The notes under the pieces are model-generated. The model searched no databases. It worked only from the letters and a program-made list of their open reading frames with translations, and was not told where the DNA came from. The translations under genes were made by a program, and so were the position numbers. A stretch of DNA of 61,074 nt, the filler included. It is 5 parts of 5 records of this genome, joined end to end, with 100 filler letters (N's around TTAATTAATTAA, not from the genome) between each part and the next. Parts side by side here need not be neighbours in the genome. Positions count along the whole stretch, not along the records: positions 1 to 26,459 come from SRR20825006_2423; 4 more parts are not named here. The stretch is one strand, 5' to 3'. How positions within the stretch are numbered: position 1 is the first letter of the stretch; the number at the start of each line of letters is the position of its first letter. Positions 9,402 through 18,481 of the stretch are shown here, in pieces.

Positions 9402-12290
9402 TCACAGCGATACCTCGGATTCACCGCGGTTGCCCTCGGCGTCCGTGACGTTGACCTTGATGGTCACGGGCGCTGCGGGGGACTGACTGAGCGTGACGGA
9501 GTAGCGCGTCACGGGAACCTGACGCCCGTCGATATCTTCTGGCGCCGTGACCACGGTGACCTCCGCATCGGAGAACTCTTCGATCAGGTCGCCGTTGCTG
9601 TCCTCGACGCGGACCGTGATCGTGGAGATGTCCTCGATAGGATCGGAGACGCCCGTGGGAACGTCCGGGTGACGCAGGCGATAGCTTCCAGAAACGGCGG
9701 CCAGATCGAGCGGCGTCTTCGGGTTCTTGATGCGCTCGGCGACAGGGTAGCCGAGTGTTCCCGAGATCGTCGTGTCATTGCGCTCGACTTCGATCAGCGC
9801 GTTGTTATTCGGGACCACCTCGAACGCGCCGGAGGTTGTCTCGTAAGGCACGCGCTCGCCGCCATCGTTCTGGTAGTGCCCTTGCACGTGGAAGCGATAC
9901 TGACCGAGCGGGAAGTTCTTGAGCTCCTCCCAGTAAATCACCCACTCCCAGTCCTCGGAACCTTCCTGGCGACGCAAACGGGTCAGCATCAACAGCTCGC
10001 GGTTCGAGTAATCGCGCGTGTTGACGTGCGTAACCGGCTCCCAGTTGCCGCCGACCTCGCGCTCGAGCGTGACGAGCGGAGCCTGAGGCATCTCGGCGCC
10101 AGGATCTCCCCCGAGCCACGCGAACTCGATCGCTTCGAGGCGTTGAACCTGCGCTGGAGGCTCGAGCGAGACGGTGCCGATCTTGTCATCAGCGGTCGCG
10201 AAGACCTCGAAGGGAGGATCGCCGCGGCGCGTGTATTGGAGTGGGAGTGGCTGGTCGAACTCGGTCTCGGTCGTCGTGCCGAGCAGTAGGCCGGTGACCT
10301 CCACGGCGCGATCCACGAGGAAGTCGCCCATGCGCGCGCCCCAGATGGTGAAGCCCGCCTCGTAGCCGCCCTGGTAGTAGCTGAACGCGTAGTCCGGGTA
10401 GTCATCCGGCGCCATCGGCGTCGAGATGCCAGGGAAGGGAGGGAGCGGTCCACGGAGGTTGCTCGGCGTCAGGTAGAACTGGTGATCCTGCGCGTAACCC
10501 CAAACCCAAGCGTCGAGAGGATCGACCCCGTGCGCGTTCTGAACCTCGCGCAACACTTGCCAGCCAAGCTCCATCGAGGCTTCGCCGGGCAACGTCACGA
10601 CCGTCAATCCGTCGATCTCGAGCGCGGTCATCTGACTGCGCAGGAAGAGCGATGGTGGGCGGTTGTAGAGGACACCCGAGATCCCCGCGCACTGGTTGTC
10701 TTCTGGCTCCATATGGGTCGCTGGATCGTTGTCCTCCGCGCCCCCGACCTGACATTGCAGGCCGCCATAGATCAGGTCCGCGCCATCATCACTCGGGAAG
10801 TAAGAGGTCCACTCGCCAGGCTCGTAGCCGAGCACGTCGTAGCCGAGCGGGAAGCGCAGCGTTTTGCCCGAGAGCGAGATGTCACGACCACCCTCGATCG
10901 CTTCGATCTCGGTCCACATGCGGTCGACGAACTTCCACCCGATGAACTCCATCTTGTGGTTGTCGCGGTGTCCGTGCTGGTCGCCTCGAGGCGACATCGT
11001 GCCGCCGTTCTGGTTGAAGAACATCGTCGGCACGAAGCGATCGTAGGCTTCTCCGAAGCGATCCTCGAGCTTGCGCTCGATCCCGCCCATCGAATCACCC
11101 GTGGCGTAATCACTGGAGTTGAAGGTCCCGTGCATCCCGAAGCTAAACAGCAGGGCGCGAGGGTTATCCTCCAGATCATCGATACGCATCAGCAGCAGGC
11201 GGTTGTCATCGAAGGGAGGCGTCGCGCCCCAACGATCGCTCGAGATCGCGTCATCGGTGTCGAACGCCTCGACGATCTCCCAGCCGAGCTTGGCGTCCGA
11301 GAGATCCGTCAGCGCTTGATCTGCTGCGTCGAGCGCGCTCTTTGCCACCCAGTCAAACGCCTGCTCGTTGAACCAGTCGGTGCCGAACGCACCGAGCGGC
11401 AGCGCGGCCTGCTCCGAAGGAGGCAGGTGCAGGAATCGCCCCGGCCCAGAGTGCGTGTGCGTCCCGGAGATCACGAGGCTGTCTCGCCAATCCTTTCCTG
11501 TCTTCGCCTGGAGCTCGCGCGCGATCTTCTCGTGCAGCGGAGCGGTGGGGAAGATGATCGGCATCCTGATGAACAGCATCTGGCGCTCGCCATTATCCAA
11601 CAGGATCGCGCGCGCGTAGAGGCCGTGCATCTGCCCCCAACTCGAGGTCAACGCATCCGAGTACCGCTCGTTATCGTTGCCAGCGCGCGAGCCATATCCG
11701 CCGAGCGGCAGCCCGATCGGGAAGGTCATCAGCGCGTTACCGACGCCAGCCTTGAGCGGCGCGCGTGCGTCACCGCCAGGATGCTCCCCGGTGATTTCGC
11801 CCAGGAATGGGACGCACATGCCGTTGTCCGTGCAGGACATCCCATCGCTGCACTCGGAGTCGCGAATGCAGGCGAGCTTGCAGAAGGAGCCATCACAGAA
11901 GACGCGGTCCTGAGCAGCGGCGTCACCGCCGAGCCGCTCGACGTAGCTCTTGCACGACTTGGTTTGCCTGAACGAGGAGCAGGCTTGCGCTGTGCGGCAG
12001 CGCCCCTCGAAGCACACCTCGTTCTCGGCGCAGGCCGAGATGTCATCACAAGGGCCGGTGTCGGCGATCCCCATATCACCTTCGGTCATGTCGCCGCCCA
12101 TATCACTGGGCGTCGTCTCGGACATGTCATCGTCCGGGGTCATATCATCGCCCGGGGTCATGTCCGCAGTAGTGCCCATGTCTTCGACGGGCGAGGTGTT
12201 GTTAGAGGCATTGTTGGTGGTGTTGTTTCGACCACAACCGATCGAGGTCACGATCGAAGCCACGAGCACGGGTATCAGAAACTTGCGCAT
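9402..12290 (-). CDS. Neutral/alkaline non-lysosomal ceramidase-family lipoprotein
   Basis: Lipobox SIGC after MRKFLIPVL; LGGYGSR; LYARAILLD; metal-binding SGTHTHSGP; FGMHGT; VVTLPGEAS; GYAQDH; GGYEA. N-terminal Cys-rich repeats and a probable C-terminal Ig-like domain. Confidence 0.85.
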   Translation of the reverse strand: MRKFLIPVLVASIVTSIGCGRNNTTNNASNNTSPVEDMGTTADMTPGDDMTPDDDMSETTPSDMGGDMTEGDMGIADTGPCDDISACAENEVCFEGRCRTAQACSSFRQTKSCKSYVERLGGDAAAQDRVFCDGSFCKLACIRDSECSDGMSCTDNGMCVPFLGEITGEHPGGDARAPLKAGVGNALMTFPIGLPLGGYGSRAGNDNERYSDALTSSWGQMHGLYARAILLDNGERQMLFIRMPIIFPTAPLHEKIARELQAKTGKDWRDSLVISGTHTHSGPGRFLHLPPSEQAALPLGAFGTDWFNEQAFDWVAKSALDAADQALTDLSDAKLGWEIVEAFDTDDAISSDRWGATPPFDDNRLLLMRIDDLEDNPRALLFSFGMHGTFNSSDYATGDSMGGIERKLEDRFGEAYDRFVPTMFFNQNGGTMSPRGDQHGHRDNHKMEFIGWKFVDRMWTEIEAIEGGRDISLSGKTLRFPLGYDVLGYEPGEWTSYFPSDDGADLIYGGLQCQVGGAEDNDPATHMEPEDNQCAGISGVLYNRPPSLFLRSQMTALEIDGLTVVTLPGEASMELGWQVLREVQNAHGVDPLDAWVWGYAQDHQFYLTPSNLRGPLPPFPGISTPMAPDDYPDYAFSYYQGGYEAGFTIWGARMGDFLVDRAVEVTGLLLGTTTETEFDQPLPLQYTRRGDPPFEVFATADDKIGTVSLEPPAQVQRLEAIEFAWLGGDPGAEMPQAPLVTLEREVGGNWEPVTHVNTRDYSNRELLMLTRLRRQEGSEDWEWVIYWEELKNFPLGQYRFHVQGHYQNDGGERVPYETTSGAFEVVPNNNALIEVERNDTTISGTLGYPVAERIKNPKTPLDLAAVSGSYRLRHPDVPTGVSDPIEDISTITVRVEDSNGDLIEEFSDAEVTVVTAPEDIDGRQVPVTRYSVTLSQSPAAPVTIKVNVTDAEGNRGESEVSL

Positions 12291-12484
12291 CGGCAGGCGG
12301 CTCCAGGTAAGGGTTAGGTACTGATTGTACGTTAGCAAACGCACCTTTTTTAGCAGGCTCTCGAGGCAAACTCCACCGCGACCCTGGGATGCAGGCAGGA
12401 AAACTTCATTCTGCACGAAACATTCGTGAGCGTTTGCCCGAAAACCTCTTCGAATGACAACGGAACACAGGTGCCTCATCAGCG

Positions 12485-13444
12485 GTGTCAGCAGAGATGA
12501 AGATCAAGGATCAACGCAATCGCACAAAACTCGAACGACACGTCCGAGCAAAGGAGTCGCGCGAGCCACGCGCCGACAAAAAGGACGCTGGCGTCAGCTC
12601 CTTTCGCGACCTCCTCCAGGGAAAATCTGACGGCGAGAAGAAGGCGCCAGAGGGTCGCCTCGCCGCAGAAAAAGAACCGAATGGCGAGGGCGCAGACGAG
12701 CTCGTTCGTACAGAACGTGAAGACAACAACCTTCAGGATACCGCACTACACGGGCGTCAGCAGAGGGCGGAGAAGGGGGAGCGCGAGCAACGAGAGCACT
12801 CCTTTCAAGAGCGGCGCGAGGTCGAGACGCACGAAACACGTGACAAGTCTCATCAGCGCCTCGAACACCGCCACCGAGATCGCCTGACCGAACGCCGAGA
12901 GTCACCGGGGGAGGCGCGCGCACACGATCAGCAGGACTCCTCCAACCCTGCCGAGCGCGCTTCCCCCGGTGATTCTCGACGGGCGTCGGCTGCGGGGGGA
13001 CGCTCCCCCGCAGCCGATTCGCCAGATAAATCAGTAAAAAACACGTCCTCCGACGACGGCGCGGCGTCCTCGCTCGCGGCAGAGAAATCACTCGAAGCCG
13101 TGGGCGCGAACAACGCGGTGGGGGCCGAGCAAATGAACGAGGTCGGTCAGGCTTCGAGCCCCGAATCAGCGAGGCGTCAGGAGGTCGCCGAGCTGGCTGG
13201 CAAGCTCGTGCGCGCGTGTCAGGTCGGGCAGGATCAGCAGCAGCGAAAGGTCATGATGCTCGATGTGCGCGTCCCCGGTCGCGGGAACATCCGCGTGCGC
13301 TTGCGCCAGGAAGGCGATGGGATCTCGGTGCGCATGCGCGCGGACAACGATGAGCTCAAGTCACTGCTTCGCAGTCATCAGGGCGTCATGCGAGACACGG
13401 CCAATGAACAGGGCGTGTCATTCACTCGCATCGACGTGGTGTGA
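12485..13444 (+). CDS. FliK/SctP-like length-control protein (disordered N-terminus, T3S4-like C-terminal domain)
   Basis: Long charged, low-complexity region followed by a compact domain (VMMLDVRVPGRGNIRVRLRQEGDGISVRMRADNDELKSLL...GVSFTRIDVV) matching the FliK C-terminal pattern; lies directly upstream of an SctQ-like gene. Confidence 0.7.
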   Translation: MSAEMKIKDQRNRTKLERHVRAKESREPRADKKDAGVSSFRDLLQGKSDGEKKAPEGRLAAEKEPNGEGADELVRTEREDNNLQDTALHGRQQRAEKGEREQREHSFQERREVETHETRDKSHQRLEHRHRDRLTERRESPGEARAHDQQDSSNPAERASPGDSRRASAAGGRSPAADSPDKSVKNTSSDDGAASSLAAEKSLEAVGANNAVGAEQMNEVGQASSPESARRQEVAELAGKLVRACQVGQDQQQRKVMMLDVRVPGRGNIRVRLRQEGDGISVRMRADNDELKSLLRSHQGVMRDTANEQGVSFTRIDVV

Positions 13445-13551
13445 GCGGTCGCCGAAAGAAATGTGAGACGCCCTCTTAACCCCGGATGCGGGGTTGTGGC
13501 AAAACAAGGGCCGTGACGATCACCCTTCCACTTTCGCTGGAGGCGCTTCGC

Positions 13552-14862
13552 ATGGCCGAAGATGAAGAAGAGACGATCATGCTCGACAGGCAATCGACCA
13601 AGTTGGCCGAGGCGCTCGCGCGCGCCGAAAAGCACAGGGTCGCTCCGAAACGACCCGCGCCGGTTCAGTTTCGCGCGCTCGAACTGACGGATTTCGAGGC
13701 AGTGAGCCGCAAACAGGTCGAGCTTGGCAATCGTCTCCTCTCAATGCTCCCTTCGCCTGGCATCGAGAGCGCGCCGCTCGATTTTGTCTGCCAACAACTC
13801 GAAGAACTCACGGGCATCGAGGGCTACAGGATCTTCCTCCACGCCATGCGTGTGCACGGCGATAACTTCCAGATGCCCGCGCTCGGCTCGTTCTTTGTCA
13901 ACCGCTTCACCTTGCCACCTGGCAATGATGTCGGCGTGATCGCCGCTGAGCTCTCGTTGTTCCAGGGCGTTTTGGGCGCGATGGTCGGCGAGCCCGAGCA
14001 CACATCGAGGCGTATCGCGCCCGTGGGGCCGCGTGACTTCGGGCTGGGAACCTACGTGTTGTTGCGCCTCCTGGATGGGTTGGTCGCCAACCATGGCATG
14101 GCCCCCTTCGTCCTCGGCGGATCAGCTCCAGGGACCGAAGAGCTCGCCGCGATCTTTGGCCGCAGCCTCGAGGTGACCGAGGTCGTGTTCCTGGTGAGCG
14201 CTCCCGAGCACGCGGGCTTCGTGCGCCTCTTCTTGCCCTCTCATATGGTGCAAGATCTGGAGCTGTTCGCGCAGAGCGCGCACGCGAACCGACATCGCTG
14301 GCGCTCGATCCAGAAGAGCGCGTTGATCCGCGCTCACGTGGATATCGAGCTCGGCATCGCGCGCGTCCCATTGACCAGGCTCGAGCTCGTCGATCTTCAC
14401 GTCGATGATCTCTTGCTCCCCACCGAACACGCGCTCGAGCTCGAGCAAGTGCAGGCTCCCGATGGACCCGCGCGGTTGTACATCGATCGCGCCGGTGGAA
14501 AGTTCATCCCCGTCGAACCGATCCTCTCGCAGGAGGGAGGATGGCGCGTTCGCGTACTCCAGGATCACATCGAAATCGCAGAGGATATGATGTCGCAAGA
14601 AAACACGCAGGATCACGCCACGGGGGCTTCCGAGGCCACATCTCACCTGATCGAGCAGGCCAAAATCACGGTCGAGGTGCGCGTCGGCAACGCCTCGATG
14701 TCCGTCGCAGAGATCGGCGCGATCCAGTCAGGTCAGGTGATCGATCTCGAGGTTCCGCTCGGGCAACCGGTGGCGCTCGTGGCTGGCGGCGAACAGATCG
14801 GGAAGGGGGAGCTGGTCAATATCGAGGGTCGCCTCGGCGTGCGCGTGCTGGCGAGATATTGA
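13552..14862 (+). CDS. FliM/FliN (SpoA)-domain protein, SctQ/YscQ-like C-ring/sorting-platform component
   Basis: GGAGG RBS; first SpoA-like segment ELGIARVPLTRLELVDLHVDDLLL; C-terminal SpoA domain ITVEVRVGNASMSVAEIGAIQSGQVIDL...IGKGELVNIEGRLGVRVL. Confidence 0.85.
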   Translation: MAEDEEETIMLDRQSTKLAEALARAEKHRVAPKRPAPVQFRALELTDFEAVSRKQVELGNRLLSMLPSPGIESAPLDFVCQQLEELTGIEGYRIFLHAMRVHGDNFQMPALGSFFVNRFTLPPGNDVGVIAAELSLFQGVLGAMVGEPEHTSRRIAPVGPRDFGLGTYVLLRLLDGLVANHGMAPFVLGGSAPGTEELAAIFGRSLEVTEVVFLVSAPEHAGFVRLFLPSHMVQDLELFAQSAHANRHRWRSIQKSALIRAHVDIELGIARVPLTRLELVDLHVDDLLLPTEHALELEQVQAPDGPARLYIDRAGGKFIPVEPILSQEGGWRVRVLQDHIEIAEDMMSQENTQDHATGASEATSHLIEQAKITVEVRVGNASMSVAEIGAIQSGQVIDLEVPLGQPVALVAGGEQIGKGELVNIEGRLGVRVLARY

Positions 14863-14869
14863 CCTCTCT

Positions 14870-17719
14870 CTAGCTCTTCTTGTCGCGCTTGAGCGCTTCG
14901 AGAAGGTTGGTCGTCTTCTTCTCGCGCGGAGAATCATCTGCTTCGGATGCTTCTCCCTCACCGCGCGACAGAGCGTTGAACTGGCCAGACTTTTGCTGCC
15001 TGCGTTGACGCAGCGCGCGGAGTCGCTGCGAGAGCGCGTTTAATTTGACGGAGGTCGACGTCGAGACGTCCGCGTCGGGTGGCTCCTCATCGCTCAGGCT
15101 GCGCGAAGGGTTCCCCGAGAGCTTGCTGCGCTCGTGTTGCTTGGTCTCTTCGTCATCATCCCAACTGAGCAGCGGCACGTCATCATCATCGACAAGAACA
15201 TCTCGCCCGACAGGCTCGTCTGGCAGAGAGGTCAGCACGGTAGGATCGCCTTGCTCCGGTGGCGTGATCCCCTCGGGCGCCTGTGGCGGAGCGGGGTTTG
15301 CTTCGGAGTAGATCTCGTCTAGCGCCGAGAACATCTCTTCGGCCATCGCCTGCCCCGCATCAGGCTCGGGTTGCCTCGTGGCCTGGATCGCGGCGGGGTC
15401 TGAATGCAACCCGGTGACTTCGTTGTCGCTGGCGAGGTCCGTCTGTAGTTCCGCTTCGATCCTCAACAGATCGTTCAGGTGAGCGCGTCGCTCATCGTTC
15501 ACCAACGCATCAGGATCGAGCGCGAAGTGTTGGTCGACCTGAGTGTCTTCGGGGACATTGACCTCGACCTCGATCGCTGAATGCTCTTCGGAGAAGTCCT
15601 CGAGCATGATGTCGAGGTTGTCATGCATCTCGTCGAGCTGAATGAACTCATCCGAGACAACCTCATCATGAGACGCTTCTTGCTCGATCTCGGGCTCGGC
15701 CGAGTCGTTGACGTAGAACTCCTGGGTGGCTGGCGAGTCCTCGACCTCCAGGATCGGTATATCCGCGTCGAGTTGGATATCAGGCGTCTCGATCACGGGG
15801 TTCGTGGCCATGTCGTTATCAGGGGTGAACGACGCGTGGATCTCTGCCTCTGCCTGACTGAGCGCTTCCTGCATCTCCGCGAGGGAGTCACCGGGGAGCG
15901 TCTCTCCTGAGCGAACCGCTGTATCCGCCTTGGAGATGGCCTCGTCAGCGTCTTCGAGCAACTCCTCTTCGTCATCCGATGCGGGCCCCGCGATCTCTTC
16001 GAGCTCGAACTCCGAGTACTCGCGCACACCGGCGAGCTCGCGTTCTCTGGCCTCGACCGCTGCCTGAACCTCCTCGGGGGAGATCTGTTCGGTGAGGCGT
16101 TCGGAGATCGGCCGGTGGTGAACCTCCTCGTTCTCGAACTCCGAGTCCTCGCCAAGATCGATCGGTGCATCGATGGGAGCGGGTTCTGCAAAGGGGTCCT
16201 CGAACGCTTCGGCTTGTTCCTCTTCGTCTTCAAGCTTGGGTTCTGGATCAGCTTGCGGCGCGCCCATGTCGAGGCTTTCGATGGAGAGTTCTGCGGTGCT
16301 GTCTTCTTCCTCTTCGGGCTCTTCCTCCTCGCTATCCTCTGGAGGTGCGTCTTCGACGGCTTCAGCCAGAGGTTCTACTTCCTCTTCGGGGTCTTCCTCT
16401 TCCTCTTTTGGTGCGGCGAGGGCAGCCGCTGATTCCTCCTCCTCGCCGATCGCTGGAGGTGGTTCATGAGGCGAGCTCGCGCCGACCTCTTCGAGAGCTT
16501 CGCTGTCCAGAGAGGCTTCTCCAAGGTCAGTGTCGACCTCGATCATGGGATTCGAGGTTTCATCGAGGACCTCCCGAACCACCGAATCCGAAACCTCGGA
16601 GGTATCTGTTCCTTCAGAGTCTTCGAGGAGCTCCTCGAGGCTCGAGGCAGCCATCACATGCGATGGCTGCGGATCGGCGATTTCCTCGACCTCCGAGAGG
16701 ATCTCCGAGAGCCCCTCGATGCCATCACCGCGGGGTTGTGCGTCCTTGATATCTTCGGGCTCTTCCTGGTGTGGAGGATCGTAGGTCTCGAAGCGAATCT
16801 CCTGGACCTCCACGGTCGAACGGTAGTCGTCATAGCGGTTGCGGATCGGCATGTCCGTTTCGAGGTGTGCTTCGAGCAACGGGAGCACGGAGTTTGCTTC
16901 CTCGGTGACCTCCTGCCACGAGCCGCCGACGCGCCTGAGCAAGTGAGAGAGTTTGCCAGCGCGTGGATCTGCCAACATGATCGAGCTCACATCACCGGGC
17001 GCCATCTCGACAAGTCGTCGCCCGAGCGCCTCGAAGCCCGCGCGCGTGGTCGCCGCGTCCATGGTGATCCAGCGCCGCTTCGCGCCCGGGTAGCCCAGCG
17101 CTGCCTGCAAGACCTCTCTGCTCTCGACCTCGTCCCAGAGCACAGCATCGCAGCGGCGGATAAGACGCCTGACGCGCGCGAGCTCCTCCGGGGTTCTCGG
17201 GGGAAAGAGATGCACGACCCTGGGGCCGAGCTGGGCTGTGGGAGGGCGATCGCTGATCAGGATGATCTGTTCCTGGATAAACTGCTGCGCGATCCAGCAG
17301 AGGAGCTCGAGCTTTCGCGCGCGTACAGGTCCGAGGATGACGCCATTTTCGCCTCGCGTGATCTGCTTCTTGAGCGCTTCCATCACGAGCGGCGACGCCA
17401 GAGAATCACTCGGCGTCGGGCAGCGCTCGGCGGTCACGAGCGTCCCTCGCACGCCGGGGACGACATCGAAGAGCCACGTCCCATCGAGGCGCGCTCCGGG
17501 GTGATCGACGAGCCATGTGGCCAGCGCCTCGAGAGAGGCTTCGTCGAGGACCGTGGTGCGTCGTCGCGCGACCCCTTCCTGCCGCGCGGTCCATCGGCCA
17601 GACGGAAGCAGCATCAGGTGCTCGACGCCATCTTCGCTCAGCGCCTCTTCCAGTGGTGGGAGTGCGCGGATCAGCGAGGCCAACTCGTTGTGCTCGGCGG
17701 CGTTCATCTCTTTATTCAT
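14870..17719 (-). CDS. Degenerate CpaF/TadA/VirB11-like ATPase domain fused to a ~650-aa acidic disordered tail
   Basis: The N-terminal ~290 aa follow the CpaF motif order with broken Walker A (GPVRARKL), Asp box (IILISD), Walker B (AVLWDEV) and His box (ITMDA); the remainder is extremely E/D/P-rich. Confidence 0.6.
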   Translation of the reverse strand: MNKEMNAAEHNELASLIRALPPLEEALSEDGVEHLMLLPSGRWTARQEGVARRRTTVLDEASLEALATWLVDHPGARLDGTWLFDVVPGVRGTLVTAERCPTPSDSLASPLVMEALKKQITRGENGVILGPVRARKLELLCWIAQQFIQEQIILISDRPPTAQLGPRVVHLFPPRTPEELARVRRLIRRCDAVLWDEVESREVLQAALGYPGAKRRWITMDAATTRAGFEALGRRLVEMAPGDVSSIMLADPRAGKLSHLLRRVGGSWQEVTEEANSVLPLLEAHLETDMPIRNRYDDYRSTVEVQEIRFETYDPPHQEEPEDIKDAQPRGDGIEGLSEILSEVEEIADPQPSHVMAASSLEELLEDSEGTDTSEVSDSVVREVLDETSNPMIEVDTDLGEASLDSEALEEVGASSPHEPPPAIGEEEESAAALAAPKEEEEDPEEEVEPLAEAVEDAPPEDSEEEEPEEEEDSTAELSIESLDMGAPQADPEPKLEDEEEQAEAFEDPFAEPAPIDAPIDLGEDSEFENEEVHHRPISERLTEQISPEEVQAAVEARERELAGVREYSEFELEEIAGPASDDEEELLEDADEAISKADTAVRSGETLPGDSLAEMQEALSQAEAEIHASFTPDNDMATNPVIETPDIQLDADIPILEVEDSPATQEFYVNDSAEPEIEQEASHDEVVSDEFIQLDEMHDNLDIMLEDFSEEHSAIEVEVNVPEDTQVDQHFALDPDALVNDERRAHLNDLLRIEAELQTDLASDNEVTGLHSDPAAIQATRQPEPDAGQAMAEEMFSALDEIYSEANPAPPQAPEGITPPEQGDPTVLTSLPDEPVGRDVLVDDDDVPLLSWDDDEETKQHERSKLSGNPSRSLSDEEPPDADVSTSTSVKLNALSQRLRALRQRRQQKSGQFNALSRGEGEASEADDSPREKKTTNLLEALKRDKKS

Positions 17720-18077
17720 CTCCAGATGAGGGATCGACGCGATCGAACTCAGGTTCGAGCGCCACGGTGAGTGTCACCTCTTCTCGGGCGCCAATTTCGA
17801 TATCAAAGCGTTGCGTGAGGTAGCCCTTGGCTTGCAATTCGACCCTCCTCGCGCCTGGGCGGATGGGGATCGTTTGATCGCGCCAGCGATCGACGCGACC
17901 TTGATAGTCCTCGTCGATATAGATGTGCGCTTCGGGAGGTTTGACATCGAGGCGCAGCAGCGCGCTCTTGCTATCGCCGCTCGCTGCGCGGGTGGTGTAG
18001 CAGCTGCTCCATGAAGCGATCGCGATGATCGCGAACATGATCAACACCCCGGTCGTTCTCATATCGATAGACCTCAT
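17712..18077 (-). CDS. PEGA-domain protein, probable lipoprotein
   Basis: Signal peptide with SSC; PEGA pattern LDVKPPEAHIYIDEDYQG...IRPGARRVELQAKGY...EEVTLTVAL; overlaps the start of the downstream gene by 8 nt. Confidence 0.8.
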   Translation of the reverse strand: MRSIDMRTTGVLIMFAIIAIASWSSCYTTRAASGDSKSALLRLDVKPPEAHIYIDEDYQGRVDRWRDQTIPIRPGARRVELQAKGYLTQRFDIEIGAREEVTLTVALEPEFDRVDPSSGDE

Positions 18078-18481
18078 GAACCTGCTTCGTTCAGAACAAA
18101 ACGGAACATAACACGGGCATGGGCACACCCCAAATTGATCTTGTCAGCTGAAGGTCTCTCGAGGAGCGTGGCGAAAACACTCCACTCTCGGTGACTCGAG
18201 GAGTAGCGTTGCTCCATCAGATCTTTGCGAATCGCGTCGGAGAGTTCGCAGAGATTTGAGGCGAGGAGCCGCCGCGCTGGCGCGTCCTCGCCGCAGATCC
18301 TCCCACTGTCCCGCAGAGTTAAGGATAGTGTTGTTGTTCTTGGGTAGAATGGCATAAAATATGCTGTATTCCTGAGTGTTCAGGATCGAACGGTCGTCGA
18401 TGGTGTTACTTTTTCAAGCCACCGACTGCTTGCGATACGCCTTATATGATCCATATCACGCCGCAAAAATGGAGCTGACCC

